NCBI GenBank assembly: GCA_965224465.1
Contig: OZ245049.1
Location: forward strand, 3,720,001 to 3,752,000
DNA length: 32,000 nucleotides
Direction of reading: 5' to 3'
Origin: Flavobacteriaceae bacterium
Lineage (GTDB): Bacteria; Bacteroidota; Bacteroidia; Flavobacteriales; Flavobacteriaceae
The notes below the pieces were generated by a model. That model was not told the DNA's origin, did not search any database, and saw only the letters and a program-made list of their open reading frames with translations. Shown here piece after piece: positions 18,864 to 26,878 of this stretch. Position 1 is the stretch's first letter; the number at the start of each line of letters is the position of its first letter. Position numbers and translations under genes: made by a program.

Positions 18864-19658
18864 ATGATAGATACTAAAAACAAAGAAAGTTTTAATTTCA
18901 AACGCCCTATTACCCATACCCAATACAAACATGGCGATAAAGAAACCAAAAAAGGAGGATTTAGCAGAATGTTGCCTATGCGTATAACAGATAACAAGCA
19001 AATTGTAAGAAAAAGTGATGTAGGTACTAAAGGGGGCTATCCCTTTGCTACTGATGTTTTTTTAAAATGTCCTATCAATCCTAAGATAATGCCATTATGG
19101 TTGGGTAGCCTATTTTTATTTTTATTTTTATCGGGTATTTTAATTATGTTGAGACCTAGTCAGCTTAAAATTGAATTGCCAGTAATTATTATGACGATAG
19201 TGTTTTTTCTAGGATTTTTGTTTTTTGCAACCTATTATTTTACGATGCCAACAAAAGAGCTTGTTTTTAATAGAGCGGACGGTTTGGTTACTTTCCCTGG
19301 GTTTATGTGGCATAAAAACATAACAATGCCTATACATAAAATGATGTTTTCTATGTCATCGCCTAGTACGCAAGGAGGAGGCGCTTATATGTTGCAAATT
19401 GTACGACCAGACAGGACGTATTCCTTGTATTTGTGTTCCTATGGGCTTAGTTGTTATGAAGATTTATCATTCTTTTTATGGTATATGGATAAGAACAGAC
19501 CATTACCTACGGGGGAAGGTTTTGATCCGTGTCGTTTACAAGATTATGAACGTAGAAAATCTGAGGGTTTCCCTAAGCCATTATTTCCTTGTAGTTTTGA
19601 AACTCCAGAAGCTACGCTTGAACAACAGGCAGAACGTGAGCGTATTGGCGGTTGGTAA
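18864..19658 (+). CDS. 2-TM membrane protein, paralog C
   Basis: 264 aa. Same architecture as A and B, with a unique TM1/loop/TM2 segment (FLSGILIMLRPSQLKIELPVIIMTIVF). Confidence 0.7.
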   Translation: MIDTKNKESFNFKRPITHTQYKHGDKETKKGGFSRMLPMRITDNKQIVRKSDVGTKGGYPFATDVFLKCPINPKIMPLWLGSLFLFLFLSGILIMLRPSQLKIELPVIIMTIVFFLGFLFFATYYFTMPTKELVFNRADGLVTFPGFMWHKNITMPIHKMMFSMSSPSTQGGGAYMLQIVRPDRTYSLYLCSYGLSCYEDLSFFLWYMDKNRPLPTGEGFDPCRLQDYERRKSEGFPKPLFPCSFETPEATLEQQAERERIGGW

Positions 19659-19716
19659 AAGTTGATAGCGCAAAGCAATGTATTCGCGCGGATTTTAAAT
19701 CCGCGCCAGTAACTGA

Positions 19717-22551
19717 TTGTCTGCTAAGAATGTTTCGCGGAAAGGTTTACGGAAAAAGGTGATTTATGCATCATTAGAAAATACAGATGATGTTTTTGAG
19801 TTTTTAAGTAATGAAAAAAAAGATGGAAAAGAAGAACAATATTTTACAAATATTAAAGCAGGAACAAAATTAAAAACAAGCCTATCTTACAAAGTAGACA
19901 TTAAAGCAAATACACCCATAAAAGTACTTAAAATTAAAGGAGATTATGCACAAATAAAAGTAACATCTATTACTGCAACCTTAGTTAGAGATACCGATAT
20001 TAATGATAACGTAAAACCATTTAATAGCAATAAACTTTATACTATCAAAAATCTTACTACGGTTAATAAAGCATTTAATGGTCTTGCAACTAAAGATGCC
20101 ACATTCAATACAAAACAAGTAAAAGCACCAAGAAATTGGAGAACAAATTTAAACAGAACTGTTACCTTTTACCCAAATGGCTATGGTAAAGTGATTTGGA
20201 TAGAAAAAACATCTATTTCCAAAATAGCAGAAAAAATAAAAAAAGAAGCAGGTATAATTACCTCAATTATTCCTGACTATTTTTTAACAGAAGAACAAAA
20301 ATACGAAACAGTTGAAAGAGAAGCCAAAACAGGAGAAAAAACTACATTATATGTAGATGTATGTAAGGCATATATCGAAGTCCCTTTTAGAACCGATGTA
20401 GAAGAAGTAACTGTAGAAAAAGAAAAAGTAGTTGACTTACGTAAATTTAAAAAAGCAAAAGACGATAAAAAAGACCTTTGGTATAAAGTAGTATTAGATG
20501 ATACAACTAGTAGCCAATGTGTAGCAGTAAAAGGCTGGGTAAAAGAAAAGGATCTTGACAAATTTAGCGCTTACGATTGGCAAAAATTTGGTTTTAAAGA
20601 TCTAGACGCAGGTAATGAATACATATACTCTGTAAAAGACTTATGTAAGGCAACAGATAGTACCGATTTTGTAACCGAAATTTGGGATAAAACAATAGAT
20701 ACAGATGGCAATAAAGTATTAGATATACTAGAGCTTATTAGAGCCTTTAGTAAACCAGAAATAGCACAAAAACTATCTCGTTTGGTATGTAAGCACAAAA
20801 ATGAATGGTCTTATACTATGGACGAAATAAAACCAGAAGTAAAAGAACTCTATGATTTTGGTATACAATTAGAAGAAGTTACAGCCGAAAAACAAAAACT
20901 AGAAACCGAAAGGGATGATAGTTTAGCCAAAATGGAAACCAAAATAGAAAATTTAATGTGGTGGGATGAGGCAAGTAAAAAAACCTACACAGCACCCGTA
21001 AAAGAAGAAGATAAAACAAAAACGAGTAGCACCAAAAGACCTTCTATGTTGCCAGAAGGTACAGTGGTAGAAGAAATACCACAAAAAGATGTTGTACCTT
21101 TAGACAATAAAACAACAGCTGTTAAACCAGATGCTAAACCAGATGCTAAACCAACGGAAGATAGTACACCAATGACAAGTACAACCGCTGCTCCAGCACC
21201 AGAAACTAAAGTAGAAGAAAAAGAAGTGCCACCAAAACGTATGTTTCCAAGTACAGATATAGTACATCACTTTCATCCAATTGCTTGGGTGGAGCAGATG
21301 AAACTTGTTTTTGGGGAGGGTGGCGGAGATTGTGAATCTCTTATTTGGGGAAATAAAGTAAGTTGTGAATTTAGAAAACGAGTAATTCAAATATCTAAAC
21401 GTCTTGAATGCGATCCTAATCATTTAATGGGAGCTATGGCATTAGAAACTGGAGGGAAATTTGACCCTAAGGTCGATAATGGTTTAGGTAAAGACAAAGA
21501 TGGTATTGGTTACATCGGCTTAATTCAGCTTGGAAATGATGCTATAAAAGATATGAATAGGAATTATTTTCTACATAGGGCGAAAATTAAAAAGAAAGAT
21601 TTAAGAGCAATGTCTGCCGTAGAGCAATTATGCTATGTAGAATATTATTTAGCCAAACATAAAGGTAAACTTAAAACCTTAGCAGATTTTTATTTAGCAA
21701 TACTTTGGCCAGATGCAGTAGGTCACGGTAATGAACCTAATTATATTGTTTTCGATGATGAGGCTAGTGGTAATAAGAAAAGAGCATATTTCTCAAACCC
21801 TACGTTTTTTAGAGAAGATGATGAGTTTAAGAAAAATAGTAAGGGAAAAATATACGAAAGACATGGTAAAACAGGAGGTAAAACGTATGTATGGGAAATA
21901 GCTGAAGCCATACAAGAATGGTATGATAAGGGAGTGCCTGAAAAAAACACTTCTAGTAACTGTACTTGTAATACAAATTGCTCATGTTGTAAATGTATTG
22001 ATTTAACAAATAAGGTTATTTGGATAAGTCAGTTTAACAAAAGTGAACGTAGAAGTAATGGCACTATGAAAACAGATGGATGCTGGAGAACTTCCCAAAA
22101 ATTATTAATGGATGCAGGCTTAAGTAAAACTTCGGGTTATAAAACAGGGATGATTATAACAGCATTAGAGGATGATGCTCATACTTCTTTATCTTTGACA
22201 AAGAGAGTAAAAGATGGTGTCGATTATATTGACTCTGAACTAGAAAAAGGAAATCCTGTCTTAGTTGGTCTAAATCACACCATTAACTATAGACGCAATG
22301 GTAAAATAATTAATGCAGACTCCTCACTAGGAGACCCAGGAACTACAGATCATTATGTGGTTGTCATAGGTAGAGGATGTGAAAAAAATAAAGTGTATTA
22401 TCGTTTTTATGAAGTAGGTACAAGTTGGGCACATTATGGGCAAAACTCTAGAAATAAATTATTTTTAGGAAGTGACTTTTCTTTAAAGGGAAGTCCTGGA
22501 AATAATAAAGAAAAAAAATATACAGTAAGTCAAGTACGAAAAAATCAATAA
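19717..22551 (+). CDS. full-length T6SS cargo effector: N-terminal ~345-aa delivery region + conserved pre-toxin module + lysozyme-like (SLT-type) domain + Cys-rich linker + papain-like Cys/His amidase-like domain
   Basis: 944-aa ORF. The start is uncertain (TTG 19717 or GTG 19759; no in-frame ATG nearby). LMGAMALETGGKFDP...GYIGLIQLGNDAI resembles the E-S/T ... GLMQ motifs of lytic transglycosylases. DGCWRTSQKLL ... TDHYVVVIGRG is a Cys...His arrangement like the papain-fold peptidoglycan amidases/C39-like peptidases. aa ~347-529 equal the module at 1934..2470. Confidence 0.75.
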   Translation: MSAKNVSRKGLRKKVIYASLENTDDVFEFLSNEKKDGKEEQYFTNIKAGTKLKTSLSYKVDIKANTPIKVLKIKGDYAQIKVTSITATLVRDTDINDNVKPFNSNKLYTIKNLTTVNKAFNGLATKDATFNTKQVKAPRNWRTNLNRTVTFYPNGYGKVIWIEKTSISKIAEKIKKEAGIITSIIPDYFLTEEQKYETVEREAKTGEKTTLYVDVCKAYIEVPFRTDVEEVTVEKEKVVDLRKFKKAKDDKKDLWYKVVLDDTTSSQCVAVKGWVKEKDLDKFSAYDWQKFGFKDLDAGNEYIYSVKDLCKATDSTDFVTEIWDKTIDTDGNKVLDILELIRAFSKPEIAQKLSRLVCKHKNEWSYTMDEIKPEVKELYDFGIQLEEVTAEKQKLETERDDSLAKMETKIENLMWWDEASKKTYTAPVKEEDKTKTSSTKRPSMLPEGTVVEEIPQKDVVPLDNKTTAVKPDAKPDAKPTEDSTPMTSTTAAPAPETKVEEKEVPPKRMFPSTDIVHHFHPIAWVEQMKLVFGEGGGDCESLIWGNKVSCEFRKRVIQISKRLECDPNHLMGAMALETGGKFDPKVDNGLGKDKDGIGYIGLIQLGNDAIKDMNRNYFLHRAKIKKKDLRAMSAVEQLCYVEYYLAKHKGKLKTLADFYLAILWPDAVGHGNEPNYIVFDDEASGNKKRAYFSNPTFFREDDEFKKNSKGKIYERHGKTGGKTYVWEIAEAIQEWYDKGVPEKNTSSNCTCNTNCSCCKCIDLTNKVIWISQFNKSERRSNGTMKTDGCWRTSQKLLMDAGLSKTSGYKTGMIITALEDDAHTSLSLTKRVKDGVDYIDSELEKGNPVLVGLNHTINYRRNGKIINADSSLGDPGTTDHYVVVIGRGCEKNKVYYRFYEVGTSWAHYGQNSRNKLFLGSDFSLKGSPGNNKEKKYTVSQVRKNQ
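20756..21304 (+). repeat. conserved pre-toxin module (master copy inside the full-length effector), ending with the [21 protein letters not shown] junction
   Basis: Near-identical to 1934..2470. Contains a 12-bp tandem duplication CCAGATGCTAAA x2 (PDAKPDAK, ~21127-21150) that is single in the other copy. Confidence 0.9.
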
Positions 22552-22555
22552 CTAA

Positions 22556-23359
22556 ATGAAAAAAATAATATTCTTATTCTGTCTAAGTTTTGTTTTGATT
22601 TCTTGTGATAATAAAAATCAAAATAATCATTCTAAATTTCAAAGAGAAAATAATCATACGAATCCCGATAGCAAAGTAAGTAATGTCAGTTTAAAAGGTG
22701 ATTTTTACGACATAGAGGAATTTAAAAATTTTATCAATAAAAAATGGGTTGATGTAGGAGATGAGAATCCGTGTCATCCCTATAGTCAAAGTGTAACTGT
22801 TAAAAATGGATATGTATATGAATATAATACTATAGAACCTTCAGAATATAAGATAGATACGATTGTAGAAATTGATTTAAAAACACTAAGTATAAAAATA
22901 GAGAATAGCTTAAACCGTGATGTTATATTCAAAGTAGAAGTCTTAAATTTTAAAGAAAAAATTGTAAAGTGGTCTTTAAATGAAAAATCTTTTGTAGCAA
23001 AACCGTATGATGATGTTTGTAATATTGAAGAAAAAGAAAAGATAAATGAAAAGAATACCTTTAGCAATGATTGGAATGGTTTTTATCAATTTACGAATGC
23101 TAAAGAAGATGAAGATTGGAGAGAAGGTAAAGATTACGATTTGTATATTTCTTTAGATTCAGTCAATCTAAAAAGTTATGGGTACCAACATTTAAGAAAT
23201 ATAAAATGTTATGTGAGACAGAAAGAAGATAGCTTGTTTATTTATAGTTTAGATAAAGAATATGGGCTTTTGTTAAAACTTTTTGTTAAAAATGATAAAT
23301 ATGTTGTTTCATCTTTGATCGATAAAAAAGATTTGTTTGAAGTTGTAAAAAAGTATTAA
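22556..23359 (+). CDS. lipoprotein, putative immunity protein of the 944-aa effector
   Basis: Starts 4 nt after the effector stop. MKKIIFLFCLSFVLISCDNKN is a lipoprotein signal. No recognisable domain. Confidence 0.6.
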   Translation: MKKIIFLFCLSFVLISCDNKNQNNHSKFQRENNHTNPDSKVSNVSLKGDFYDIEEFKNFINKKWVDVGDENPCHPYSQSVTVKNGYVYEYNTIEPSEYKIDTIVEIDLKTLSIKIENSLNRDVIFKVEVLNFKEKIVKWSLNEKSFVAKPYDDVCNIEEKEKINEKNTFSNDWNGFYQFTNAKEDEDWREGKDYDLYISLDSVNLKSYGYQHLRNIKCYVRQKEDSLFIYSLDKEYGLLLKLFVKNDKYVVSSLIDKKDLFEVVKKY

Positions 23360-23395
23360 TGTAGCCAGCTCTCTTAGTATGGAATGTCTACCTAA

Positions 23396-24058
23396 TGGGA
23401 GGCCTTAAAAGAAACACGTCAGCATCATGATTTATCACTACCAGAGGGCTTAGAAGTATTACTGCAAGCTGAACAGTTATATCATGAAAATAGGCGTTTT
23501 GAACGCTTAAAACGAAGTGCTAAGTTTAGATATAGTGCCAGTATAGAGGAGTTAAACTTTGAAACCTCTAGAGGCTTAAATAAATCACAAGTGACCTAGC
23601 TTGCAACGGGAAACTACATTAAAAACGGAGAGTCAATACTTATAACAGGCTCCACTGGATTTGGTAAAAGCTTTACAGCATCGGCATTGGGACACAGAGT
23701 ATGTTCTCAAGGAGTAAAGGTGTTATACTATAACCTTCAAAAACTACTCACCATTATTAAAATGGCACGTATTGATGGAAGTGTTTTTAAGCTATTGGAG
23801 AAAATATCAAAATCTGGATTATTGATACTCGACAATTTTGGAATAACTCATTTAAATAACCAGCAACAAATGGATTTAATGGAACTAATTGAAGATCGAC
23901 ACGGAAAATCATCCACCATAATAGCGAGTCAATTACCCGTGGAAAACTGGTATGAAATCATCGGAGAAGCAACCATAGCAGACGCCATTTTGGATCGATT
24001 AGTACACCGCTCTCACCGAATAGAATTAAAAGGAAAAAGTCTAAGAAAAAAACTGTAA
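23396..24058 (+). pseudogene. istB: IS21-family helper ATPase IstB, 5'-truncated with an in-frame stop
   Basis: The reading frame gives ...RFERLKRSAKFRYSASIEELNFETSRGLNKSQVT*LATGNYIKNGESILITGSTGFGKSFTASALGH... (Walker A), LLILDNFG (Walker B), ...ADAILDRLVHRSHRIELKGKSLRKK. TAG stop at 23597-23599. No istA gene is adjacent. Confidence 0.85.
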
Positions 24059-24171
24059 CTTTTTCAGTATCTCATTTTTAAGACCAAAATCTACAGAGGG
24101 GTCAACATCATCGGAATATCTACCTTTTCAATTAGAAAAAAATGATTAATTAATAACAAAGTACTAGAACG

Positions 24172-24663
24172 GATGTTCAAGTACAAATATAGTACATCAC
24201 TTTCACCCTATTGCTTGGGTGGAGCAGATGCGGAGAGTTTTTGGAGATAATGGTATTTGTGTTTGTGATGCTAGTGTTAGAGCATATATGCGAATGTTGA
24301 GAGTTGGTGAAGGTACAGAAAAAGAAATAGGATATACAACTATGTATGAGTAAGCATCCTGAAAAGGTAATTACTGCGGGAAAATATTCTTCCTCAGTTG
24401 TAGGTTCTGGGTGTGAAGAAGGAAAAAGATTCTATAATTTTTTTGATGTTGGTTCTAAAACTAAAGAAAAAGGTACTGACACAAAGAACAAATTATTTAT
24501 TGACGATAATTTGCTTATTTCAGGAAAAAGTAATGGAGGGACATATAACTACACAATAACAGAGGTAAGAAAAAACAACAAAAAAAATATTAAAAATGAA
24601 ATTATTTATAATTTATGTACTGGCTATCAGTTTGATATCATGCCAACAAAAAAATTCAAATAA
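24172..24663 (+). pseudogene. decayed mosaic orphan toxin cassette: junction motif + N-terminal GH104 fragment (frameshifted) + C-terminal tail of a papain-like amidase domain
   Basis: 24172-24230 repeats the MF..(2-bp deletion)..[15 protein letters not shown] junction. Then RRVFGDNGICVCDASVRAYMRMLRVGEGTEKEIGYTTMYE* follows (lambda R-like ...AFLDMLAWSEGT...GY). After a +1 shift comes SKHPEKVITAGKYSS (lambda R ...SDHPRKLV...GAGRYQ). Then VVGSGCEEGKRFYNFFDVGS...YTITEVRKN parallels VVIGRGCEKNKVYYRFYEVGTS...YTVSQVRKN of the 944-aa effector. Confidence 0.7.
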
Positions 24664-25411
24664 TACACAAGATTTTAAAGGACATACTTTCCTTAAAGTT
24701 ACTAAGATAAAGTCTAAAAAAGTATTATATAAGCCATGTTATGCATCAATAGAAACATATAAATTTTATAAAGACTCAATATATCACAACTGGGGTCAGG
24801 AACATTATAATTTTAAAGGTGTATATATAATTAATAACGATGGTAGCTTTTTATTCAAAGGGCTTAATAAGAATTTTTCGAAAAATGAATATACTTTAAA
24901 AATTAATAAAGTAAAAGGTACAGATTTTTTTTGGTATATAAATGATGATATTTTCATTGATAGTCTTAATATCAAGCAAATCCTTTTTGAAAAAGAAATT
25001 TGCGAAGAAGATATTAATAAGCCTATAAAAAACAATCATCAAATCCTTGATATTAATGGAAGTTGGAAAGTAACATGTATAGAAGATAAATCTGCTTTAT
25101 TAATCTTTGATAAATCAAGAGGGTATTTAGATATCCGAATTAATAATGATTATGCAAGAGTTAGTGTTGATATAAAAGAATATAATCATATTTATAATCT
25201 TAAATATAATGTATTAACAGGTATAACTCGACACAACGAGTTCGTTGATTGGTTAGATATTTCACATGATAGTATTATAGGTAACTTTACTATAAAAGAT
25301 AAGAATATAAAATTTAATTGGTTAGGTTTCTATAATATGAAAACTAGAAAAAGAGAACTTAATCAAAATATTTTTGAAAAAGAGTCTATATTATTAAAAA
25401 AATGTGACTAG
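24596..25411 (+). CDS. lipoprotein, putative (orphan) immunity protein
   Basis: MKLFIIYVLAISLISCQQKN is a lipoprotein signal. The C-terminal FNWLGFYNMKTRKRELNQNIF...ILLKKCD is homologous to the C-terminus of 921..1847. Confidence 0.6.
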   Translation: MKLFIIYVLAISLISCQQKNSNNTQDFKGHTFLKVTKIKSKKVLYKPCYASIETYKFYKDSIYHNWGQEHYNFKGVYIINNDGSFLFKGLNKNFSKNEYTLKINKVKGTDFFWYINDDIFIDSLNIKQILFEKEICEEDINKPIKNNHQILDINGSWKVTCIEDKSALLIFDKSRGYLDIRINNDYARVSVDIKEYNHIYNLKYNVLTGITRHNEFVDWLDISHDSIIGNFTIKDKNIKFNWLGFYNMKTRKRELNQNIFEKESILLKKCD

Positions 25412-25490
25412 AAAACACCATCAAAATGTATGTTTCCTAAAAGTAATATAGTACATCACTTTCATCCTATTGCTTGGGGGGAGCAGATGA
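25412..25490 (+). repeat. fourth copy of the pre-toxin junction (..[20 protein letters not shown])
   Basis: ATGTATGTTTCCTAAAAGTAATATAGTACATCACTTTCATCCTATTGCTTGGGGGGAGCAGATG aligns with 2403-2466 and 21238-21300, with one T>G change (W-V-E to W-G-E). Confidence 0.85.
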
Positions 25491-26088
25491 ATGGCTATTA
25501 TGGTCTGACTTAATCAATCCAATGAATATTTTAAAAGAAGGATGTAAAAGTACTTTTAAAAACAAAAATGACGATACTAAAAGAGTTAATCCTAAAACTT
25601 TGAATACAAGTAAAAAAGGAATCCAATTTATTAAATATTGGGAAAGTTTCAAGAGTGAAGCATATAATGACTCTGAAGACTATTGTACAATAGGTTATGG
25701 GCACTTAATTGCCCGTGATAAATGTGAAAACATTACTTTATCTGAAGGATTTAAAAATGGAATTACTAAAGAAAAAGCAACCGAATTATTTAAAGATCGT
25801 CTAGTAGACTTTGAAAATTCTATTCAAAGAGATATAAGTGTTGATTTGCATCAATATGAATTTGATGCATTAGTTAGTTTGGCTTTCAACACAGGTTCAA
25901 ACTTTTTAAATACTGGAGGAGCAGGAAAAGGAGAGACCCAAATAAAAAAGAAAATTAATAATGAAAACTACTCTGAAGGAGCTGATGAAATGGGTGATGT
26001 AACTAATAATGGAACAAGTGGCTTAGTAAAAAGAAGAAAAGCCGAAATTAATATTTTCAAAAATAACATTTATGATTCGACACACTAA
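25474..26088 (+). CDS. orphan GH24 (T4-type) lysozyme toxin module; no own upstream ATG and out of frame with the junction motif that precedes it
   Basis: [28 protein letters not shown]...YEFDALVSLAFNTG... is homologous to the C-terminal domain of 1960..3885 and ends with the same ...IYDSTH*. The junction frame (codons from 25454) terminates at TAA 25511, while the lysozyme frame is shifted by one nt. The first internal ATG is at 25522. Confidence 0.65.
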   Translation: MGGADEWLLWSDLINPMNILKEGCKSTFKNKNDDTKRVNPKTLNTSKKGIQFIKYWESFKSEAYNDSEDYCTIGYGHLIARDKCENITLSEGFKNGITKEKATELFKDRLVDFENSIQRDISVDLHQYEFDALVSLAFNTGSNFLNTGGAGKGETQIKKKINNENYSEGADEMGDVTNNGTSGLVKRRKAEINIFKNNIYDSTH

Positions 26089-26878
26089 GCGAAGGTATCT
26101 TATAATAGTTGTATTATTTATTTCTTTTATATCATGTAAAAAAGAAATAACAAAAAATAATACTGTAGAAAAATCTACTAAAAAAATAAATATACAAGGT
26201 TTTTGGAATTGTACAAAAACCGAAAAAGACAAACGATTTACAACAAAATTCGGGGATTTATATACTCAAGAATTTCAACTATATTCTAAGTTTAGAATTA
26301 AAAATGACTCCATCTATATTGGAGAATGTCAAGAAGAAATATTTAAATATAAATACGCAACTAAACCTAAAAAGTATGGTGATGAGAGTGTTTTTTTAAT
26401 TAAAGCAAAAAATATTGACAGCATTTTAATTGTTTCGACGTATGAAAATAAAAATAATTCTTGTATTCCTTTAGGTAATTTAACTTTTTATTTAAATAAT
26501 AAAAATGAAATAATAATACATGATAGAGGTTGTTTTTTTACTTTTACTAAGTTTAATAGAAAGAGTGAAATATGTAATAGTATAGGTTTACCTGGGAATA
26601 ATCGAAATTATTGGAATGTTGAATGTAAGCTAAAAACAAATGAATTACATGAAGCTTATGAAATGTTTAAACAAAAATATCCATATGCATCGAAAAACTT
26701 GAAGAGTGTATTGCCAAAACGAAACTACACCGATAATAAAAACAACATAACTTATACTGTGAAAAAAAATAATGTAATAATACAAAAATCTGATCCCTCA
26801 GGTATAATTTATATTGAATTAAAGCAACTGAATAAAAATTATCAACTAAAATATGAAATGAAATTCCCTGAATATTAG
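26072..26878 (+). CDS. lipoprotein, putative immunity protein of the orphan lysozyme module
   Basis: MIRHTKRRYLIIVVLFISFISCKKE is a lipoprotein signal. The start overlaps the lysozyme stop by 17 nt, exactly as in the 3869/3885 pair. Confidence 0.6.
   Translation: MIRHTKRRYLIIVVLFISFISCKKEITKNNTVEKSTKKINIQGFWNCTKTEKDKRFTTKFGDLYTQEFQLYSKFRIKNDSIYIGECQEEIFKYKYATKPKKYGDESVFLIKAKNIDSILIVSTYENKNNSCIPLGNLTFYLNNKNEIIIHDRGCFFTFTKFNRKSEICNSIGLPGNNRNYWNVECKLKTNELHEAYEMFKQKYPYASKNLKSVLPKRNYTDNKNNITYTVKKNNVIIQKSDPSGIIYIELKQLNKNYQLKYEMKFPEY

Larger units (their letters stand above)
16852..19789 (+). repeat. tandem ~1.01-kb repeat (about 2.9 units) carrying the 2-TM genes plus a conserved 227-bp spacer
   Basis: Gene starts are spaced 1016 and 1010 bp apart. 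Spacers 17627-17853 and 18637-18863 are near-identical. The first ~130 bp of the spacer recurs at 19659-19789, where it forms the 5' end of the 944-aa effector gene. Confidence 0.95.

Noticed and set aside
17367-19665. Three conserved 88-aa ORFs (17367..17633, 18377..18643, 19399..19665) overlapping the 3' ends of the 2-TM genes in another frame
   Set aside because: Their conservation follows from the near-identical DNA of the tandem repeat. They have no independent start context, their composition is odd, and they lie fully inside better-supported longer ORFs.
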